DNA of 64,000 nucleotides. It comes from Auanema rhodensis (lineage: Eukaryota; Animalia; Nematoda). Position numbers and translations under genes: made by a program. Below, one piece after another: positions 56,301-64,000 of this stretch. Below the pieces are notes generated by a model. The model saw only the letters and a program-made list of their open reading frames with translations. It did not search any database and was not told the origin of the DNA. Where the stretch lies: contig OZ059899.1 of the NCBI GenBank assembly GCA_964057225.1, forward strand, positions 20,150,001 to 20,214,000, given 5' to 3'. Every line of letters starts with the position of its first letter. Within the stretch, counting starts at the first letter, position 1.

Positions 56301-57183
56301 TTTACTGATATTGGTGCATGGTAACCATGACTTTGAAATTTACGTGAACTTTAATTTATGCTAATTAAACGTACACGTGGTGTGCACTCGGTATGTAACT
56401 CGCTTCACGTGTAAGATAAAGAGATGCGGTTTTCAAAATTAGATTCCCCATGTCCATATTAGTCTAAAAACAAATTTTTATTGATATTGGTGCATGGTAA
56501 CCATGATTTTGAAATTTACGTGAACTTTAATTCATGCTAATTAAATGTACACGTGGTGTGGACTCGGTATGTAACTCGCTTCACGTGAAAGATAAAGAGA
56601 TGCAGTTATCAAAATTAGATTCCCCACGTCCATATTAGTCTAAAAACAATTTTTTACTGATATTGGTGCATGGTAACCATGATTTTGAAATTTACGTGGA
56701 CTTTTATTTATGCTAATTAAACGTACACGTGATGTGCACTTGGTATGTAACTCGCTTCACGTGAAAGATGAAGAGATGCGGTTTTTACAATTAGATTCCC
56801 CATGTCCATATTAGTCTAAAAACAATTTTTTACTGATATTGGTGCATGGTAACCATGATTTTGAAATTTACGTGAACTTTAATTTAAGCTAATCAAACGT
56901 ACACGTGGTGTGCTCTCGGTATGTAACTCGCTTCACGTGAAAGATAAAGAGATGCGGTTTTCAAAATTAGATTCCCCATGTCCATATTAGTCTAAAAACA
57001 AATTTTTATTGATATTGGTGCATGGTAACCATGACTTTGAAATTTACGTGAACTTTAATTTATGCTAATTAAACGTACACGTGGTGTGCACTCGGTATGT
57101 AACTCGCTTCACGTGAAAGATAAAGAGATGCGGTTTTCAAAATTAGATTCCCCATGTCCATATTAGTCTAAAAACAAATTTTT
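41376..57183. repeat. Copy 2 of the 15,667-bp duplication; junction lies within 41376-41516
   Basis: Same SNP pairs as copy 1. The match breaks on the right at 41517(A) vs 57184(T). Only three differences noticed between copies: 36736/52403, 35664/51331, 40251/55918. Confidence 0.95.
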
Positions 57184-59328
57184 TTTGATATTGGTGCATG
57201 GTAACCATGATTTTGAAATTTACGTGAACTTTAATTTATGCTAATTAAATGTACACGTGGTGTGCACTCGGTATGTAACTCGCTTCACGTGAAAGATAAA
57301 GAGATGCGGTTTTCAAAATTAGATTCCCCATGTCCATATTAGTCTAAAAACAAATTTTTATTGATATTGGTGCATGGTAACCATGACTTTGAATTTTACG
57401 TGAACTTTAATTTATGCTAATTAAACGTACACGTGGTGTGCACTCGGTATGTAACTCGCTTCACGTGAAAGATAAAGAGATGCGGTTTTCAAAATTAGAT
57501 TCCCCATGTCCATATTAGTCTAAAAACAAAATTTTATTGATATTGGTGCATGGTAACCATGACTTTGAAATTTACGTGAACTTTAATTTATGCTACATAA
57601 ATGTACACGTGATGTGCACTTGGTATGTAACTCGCTTCACGTGAAAGATAAAAAGATGCGGTTTTTAAAATTAGATTCCCCATGTCCATATTAGTCTAAA
57701 AACAATTTTTTACTGATATTGGTGCATGGTAACCATGACTTTGAAATTTACGTGAACTTTAATTTATGCTAATTAAACGTACACGTGGTGTGCACTCGGT
57801 ATGTAACTCGCTTCACGTGTAAGATAAAGAGATGCGGTTTTCAAAATTAGATTCCCCATGTCCATATTAGTCTAAAAACAAATTTTTATTGATATTGGTG
57901 CATGGTAACCATGATTTTGAAATTTACGTGAACTTTAATTCATGCTAATTAAATGTACACGTGGTGTGGACTCGGTATGTAACTCGCTTCACGTGAAAGA
58001 TAAAGAGATGCAGTTATCAAAATTAGATTCCCCACGTCCATATTAGTCTAAAAACAATTTTTTACTGATATTGGTGCATGGTAACCATGATTTTGAAATT
58101 TACGTGGACTTTTATTTATGCTAATTAAACGTACACGTGATGTGCACTTGGTATGTAACTCGCTTCACGTGAAAGATGAAGAGATGCGGTTTTTAAAATT
58201 AGATTCCCCATGTCCATATTAGTCTAAAAACAATTTTTTACTGATATTGGTGCATGGTAACCATGATTTTGAAATTTACGTGAACTTTAATTTAAGCTAA
58301 TCAAACGTACACGTGGTGTGCTCTCGGTATGTAACTCGCTTCACGTGAAAGATAAAGAGATGCGGTTTTCAAAATTAGATTTCCCATGTCCATATTAGTC
58401 TAAAAACAAATTTTTATTGATATTGGTGCATGGTAACCATGACTTTGAAATTTACGTGAACTTTAATTTATGCTAATTAAACGTACACGTGGTGTGCACT
58501 CGGTATGTAACTCGCTTCACGTGAAAGATAAAGAGATGCGGTTTTCAAAATTAGATTCCCCATGTCCATATTAGTCTAAAAACAAATTTTTTTTGATATT
58601 GGTGCATGGTAACCATGATTTTGAAATTTACGTGAACTTTAATTTATGCTAATTAAATGTACACGTGGTGTGCACTCGGTATGTAACTCGCTTCACGTGA
58701 AAGATAAAGAGATGCGGTTTTCAAAATTAGATTCCCCATGTCCATATTAGTCTAAAATCAAATTTTTATTGATATTGGTGCATGGTAACCATGACTTTGA
58801 ATTTTACGTGAACTTTAATTTATGCTAATTAAACGTACACGTGGTGTGCACTCGGTATGTAACTCGCTTCACGTGAAAGATAAAGAGATGCGGTTTTCAA
58901 AATTAGATTCCCCATGTCCATATTAGTCTAAAAACAAAATTTTATTGATATTGGTGCATGGTAACCATGACTTTGAAATTTACGTGAACTTTAATTTATG
59001 CTACATAAATGTACACGTGATGTGCACTTGGTATGTAACTCGCTTCACGTGAAAGATAAAAAGATGCGGTTTTTAAAATTAGATTCCCCATGTCCATATT
59101 AGTCTAAAAACAATTTTTTACTGATATTGGTGCATGGTAACCATGACTTTGAAATTTACGTGAACTTTAATTTATGCTAATTAAACGTACACGTGGTGTG
59201 CACTCGGTATGTAACTCGCTTCACGTGTAAGATAAAGAGATGCGGTTTTCAAAATTAGATTCCCCATGTCCATATTAGTCTAAAAACAAATTTTTATTGA
59301 TATTGGTGCATGGTAACCATGACTTTGA
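55105..59328. repeat. 8-monomer higher-order repeat (1,408 bp) x3; also ~1.5 copies at 39438-41516
   Basis: GTGGACTC at 55153, 56561, 57969 and AAGCTAATC at 55479, 56887, 58295, each +1408 = 8x176. Confidence 0.92.
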
Positions 59329-62300
59329 AATTTACGTGAACTTTAATTTATGCTGATTAAATGTACACGTGGTGTGCACTCGGTATGTAACTCGCTTCAC
59401 GTGAAAGATAAAGAGATGCAGTTATCAAAATTAGATTCCCCATGTCCATATTAGTCTAAAAACAAATTTTTCTTGATATTGGTGCATGGTAACCATGACT
59501 TTGAAATTTACGTGAACTTTAATTTATGCTAATTAAACGTACACGTGGTGTGCACTCGGTATGTAACTCGCTTCACGTGTAAGATAAAGAGATGCGGTTT
59601 TCAAAATTAGATTCCTCATGTCCATATTAGTCTAAAAACAAATTTTTATTGATATTGGTGCATGGTAACCATGACTTTGAAATTTACGTGAACTTTAATT
59701 TATGCTACATAAATGTACACGTGATGTGCACTTGGTATGTAACTCGCTTCACGTGAAAGATAAAAAGATGCGGTTTTTAAAATTAGATTCCCCATGTCCA
59801 TATTAGTCTAAAAACAATTTTTTACTGATATTGGTGCATGGTAACCATGACTTTGAAATTTACGTGAACTTTAATTTATGCTAATTAAACGTACACGTGG
59901 TGTGCACTCGGTATGTAACTCGCTTCACGTGTAAGATAAAGAGATGCGGTTTTCAAAATTAGATTCCCCATGTCCATATTAGTCTAAAAACAAATTTTTA
60001 TTGATATTGGTGCATGGTAACCATGACTTTGAAATTTACGTGAACTTTAATTTATGCTAATTAAACGTACACGTGGTGTGCACTCGGTATGTAACTCGCT
60101 TCACGTGTAAGATAAAGAGATGCGGTTTTCAAAATTAGATTCCTCATGTCCATATTAGTCTAAAAACAAATTTTTATTGATATTGGTGCATGGTAACCAT
60201 GATTTTGAAATTTACGTGAACTTTAATTTATGCTGATTAAATGTACACGTGGTGTGCACTCGGTATGTAACTCGCTTCACGTGAAAGATAAAGAGATGCA
60301 GTTATCAAAATTAGATTCCCCATGTCCATATTAGTCTAAAAACAAATTTTTATTGATATTGGTGCATGGTAACCATGACTTTGAAATTTACGTGAACTTT
60401 AATTTATGCTAATTAAACGTACACGTGTTGTGCACTCGGTATGTAACTCGCTTCACGTGGAAGATAAAAAGATGCGGTTTTCAAAATTAGATTCCCCATG
60501 TCCATATTAGTCTAAAAACAATTTTTTACTGATATTGGTGCATGGTAACCATGACTTTGAAATTTACGTGAACTTTAATTTATGCTAATTAAACGTACAC
60601 GTGGTGTGCACTCGGTATGTAACTCGCTTCACGTGTAAGATAAAGAGATGCGGTTTTCAAAATTAGATTCCCCATGTCCATATTAGTCTAAAAACAAATT
60701 TTTATTGATATTGGTGCATGGTAACCATGACTTTGAATTTTACGTGAACTTTAATTTATGCTAATTAAACGTACACGTGGTGTGCACTCGGTATGTAACT
60801 CGCTTCACGTGTAAGATAAAGAGATGCGGTTTTCAAAATTAGATTCCCCATGTCCATATTAGTCTAAAAACAAATTTTTTTTTGATATTGGTGCATGGTA
60901 ACCATGACTTTGAAATTTACGTGAACTTTAATTTATGCTAATTAAACGTACACGTGGTGTGCACTCGGTATGTAACTCGCTTCACGTGTAAGATAAAGAG
61001 ATGCGGTTTTCAAAATTAGATTACTCATGTCCATATTAGTCTAAAAACAAATTTTTATTGATATTGGTGCATGGTAACCATGACTTTGAAATTTACGTGA
61101 ACTTTAATTTATGCTAATTAAACGTACACGTGGTGTGCACTCGGTATGTAACTCGCTTCACGTGTAAGATGAAGAGATGCGGTTTTCAAAATTAGATTCC
61201 CCATGTCCATATTAGTCTAAAAACAAATTTTTATTGATATTGGTGCATGGTAACCATGATTTTGAAATTTACGTGAACTTTAATTCATGCTAATTAAATG
61301 TACACGTGGTGTGGACTCGGTATGTAACTCGCTTCACGTGAAAGATAAAGAGATGCAGTTATCAAAATTAGATTCCCCACGTCCATATTAGTCTAAAAAC
61401 AATTTTTTACTGATATTGGTGCATGGTAACCATGATTTTGAAATTTACGTGGACTTTTATTTATGCTAATTAAACGTACACGTGATGTGCACTTGGTATG
61501 TAACTCGCTTCACGTGAAAGATGAAGAGATGCGGTTTTTAAAATTAGATTCCCCATGTCCATATTAGTCTAAAAACAATTTTTTACTGATATTGGTGCAT
61601 GGTAACCATGATTTTGAAATTTACGTAAACTTTAATTTATGATAATTAAACGTACACGTGGTGTGCACTCGGTATGTAACTCGCTTCACGTGAAAGATGA
61701 AGAGATGCGGTTTTTAAAATTAGATTCCCCATGTCCATATTAGTCTAAAAACAAATTTTTATTGATATTGGTGCATGGTAACCATGACTTTGAAATTTAC
61801 GTGAACTTTAATTTATGATAATTAAACGTACACGTGGTGTGCACTCGGTATGTAACTCGCTTCACGTGAAAGATAAAGAGATGCGGTTTTCAAAATTAGA
61901 TTCCCCATGTCCATATTAGTCTAAAAACAAATTTTTTTTGATATTGGTGCATGGTAACCATGATTTTGAAATTTACGTGAACTTTAATTTATGCTAATTA
62001 AATGTACACGTGGTGTGCACTCGGTATGTAACTCGCTTCACGTGAAAGATAAAGAGATGCGGTTTCCAAAATTAGATTCCCCATGTCCATATTAGTCTAA
62101 AATCAAATTTTTATTGATATTGGTGCATGGTAACCATGACTTTGAATTTTACGTGAACTTTAATTTATGCTAATTAAACGTACACGTGGTGTGCACTCGG
62201 TATGTAACTCGCTTCACGTGAAAGATAAAGAGATGCGGTTTTCAAAATTAGATTCCCCATGTCCATATTAGTCTAAAAACAAAATTTTATTGATATTGGT

Positions 62301-64000
62301 GCATGGTAACCATGACTTTGAAATTTACGTGAACTTTAATTTATGCTACATAAATGTACACGTGATGTGCACTTGGTATGTAACTCGCTTCACGTGAAAG
62401 ATAAAAAGATGCGGTTTTTAAAATTAGATTCCCCATGTCCATATTAGTCTAAAAACAATTTTTTACTGATATTGGTGCATGGTAACCATGACTTTGAAAT
62501 TTACGTGAACTTTAATTTATGCTAATTAAACGTACACGTGGTGTGCACTCGGTATGTAACTCGCTTCACGTGTAAGATAAAGAGATGCGGTTTTCAAAAT
62601 TAGATTCCCCATGTCCATATTAGTCTAAAAACAAATTTTTATTGATATTGGTGCATGGTAACCATGACTTTGAAATTTACGTGAACTTTAATTTATGCTA
62701 ATTAAACGTACACGTGGTGTGCACTCGGTATGTAACTCGCTTCACGTGTAAGATAAAGAGATGCGGTTTTCAAAATTAGATTCCTCATGTCCATATTAGT
62801 CTAAAAACAAATTTTTATTGATATTGGTGCATGGTAACCATGATTTTGAAATTTACGTGAACTTTAATTTATGCTGATTAAATGTACACGTGGTGTGCAC
62901 TCGGTATGTAACTCGCTTCACGTGAAAGATAAAGAGATGCAGTTATCAAAATTAGATTCCCCATGTCCATATTAGTCTAAAAACAAATTTTTCTTGATAT
63001 TGGTGCATGGTAACCATGACTTTGAAATTTACGTGAACTTTAATTTATGCTAATTAAACGTACACGTGTTGTGCACTCGGTATGTAACTCGCTTCACGTG
63101 GAAGATAAAAAGATGCGGTTTTCAAAATTAGATTCCCCATGTCCATATTAGTCTAAAAACAATTTTTTACTGATATTGGTGCATGGTAACCATGATTTTG
63201 AAATTTACGTGAACTTTAATTTATGCTACATAAATGTACACGTGATGTGCACTTGGTATGTAACTCGCTTCACGTGAAAGATAAGAAGATGCGGTTTTTA
63301 AAATTAGATTCCCCATGTCCATATTAGTCTAAAAACAAATTTTTATTGATATTGGTGCATGGTAACCATGACTTTGAATTTTACGTGAACTTTAATTTAT
63401 GCTAATTAAATGTACACGTGATGTGCACTTGGTATGTAACTCGCTTCACGTGAAAGATAAAAAGATGCGGTTTTTAAAATTAGATTCCCCATGTCCATAT
63501 TAGTCTAAAAACAATTTTTTACTGATATTGGTGCATGGTAACCATGACTTTGAAATTTACGTGAACTTTTATTTATGCTAATTAAACGTACACGTGGTGT
63601 GCACTCGGTATGTAACTCGCTTCACGTGAAAGATAAAGAGATGCGGTTTTTAAAATTAGATTTCCCATGTCCATATTAGTCTAAAAACAATTTTTTACTG
63701 ATATTGGTGCATGGTAACCATGATTTTGAAATTTACGTGAACTTTAATTTATGCTAATTAAACGTACACGTGTTGTGCACTCGGTATGTAACTCGCTTCA
63801 CGTGGAAGATAAAAAGATGCGGTTTTCAAAATTAGATTCCCCATGTCCATATTAGTCTAAAAACAATTTTTTACTGATATTGGTGCATGGTAACCATGAT
63901 TTTGAAATTTACGTGAACTTTAATTTATGCTACATAAATGTACACGTGATGTGCACTTGGTATGTAACTCGCTTCACGTGAAAGATAAAAAGATGCGGTT

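Larger units (their letters stand above)
1..64000. repeat. 176-bp tandem satellite DNA array (centromere/pericentromere-type), ~363.5 monomers, single orientation, runs off both window ends
   Basis: AATTTACGTG recurs at 1, 177, 353 and so on. The last monomer starts at 63906 = 1 + 363x176 + 17, exactly accounted for by 17 monomers of 177 bp (T9 tract). Monomers typically differ from consensus by 0-10 substitutions. Confidence 0.99.

Noticed and set aside
1-64000. CRISPR array or repeat-spacer system
   Set aside because: There are no unique spacers: the entire 176 bp is repeated, and no cas genes or leader are present.
1-64000. Tandem 5S rRNA, tRNA, snRNA or spliced-leader gene array
   Set aside because: No recognisable 5S, tRNA cloverleaf, Pol III A/B box or snRNA sequence in the monomer on either strand.
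1-64000. Embedded transposon, telomeric repeat or strand inversion
   Set aside because: Monomer phase is fully accounted for from 1 to 63906 (363x176+17), leaving no room for insertions, and no reverse-complement monomers were seen.

Overview
The whole 64-kb window is one uninterrupted, head-to-tail tandem array of a 176-bp AT-rich satellite (~34% GC): 363 complete monomers plus 95 bp, all in one orientation. I saw no genes, RNA genes, transposon insertions or inversions. Monomer size, homogeneity and array length are typical of eukaryotic centromeric or pericentromeric satellite DNA, but I cannot name the family or organism. Consensus in the phase of position 1: AATTTACGTGAACTTTAATTTATGCTAATTAAACGTACACGTGGTGTGCACTCGGTATGTAACTCGCTTCACGTGWAAGATAAAGAGATGCGGTTTTCAAAATTAGATTCCCCATGTCCATATTAGTCTAAAAACAAATTTTTATTGATATTGGTGCATGGTAACCATGAYTTTGA. 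The information lies in the variant pattern. Rare SNPs show (i) a near-perfect 15,667-bp (89-monomer) tandem duplication over 25.7-57.2 kb, (ii) a 15-mer higher-order repeat with 8-mer and 19-mer derivatives right of ~33.7 kb, (iii) an older ~11-12 kb super-period in the left half, and (iv) many 2- to 19-mer local duplications. The monomer carries three helically phased ACGTG/E-box cores, an apparently invariant 23-bp box containing the dyad CATGGT-A-ACCATG, and CpG-deamination-type polymorphisms. The single ORF call is a chance read-through. All variant positions were read by eye.
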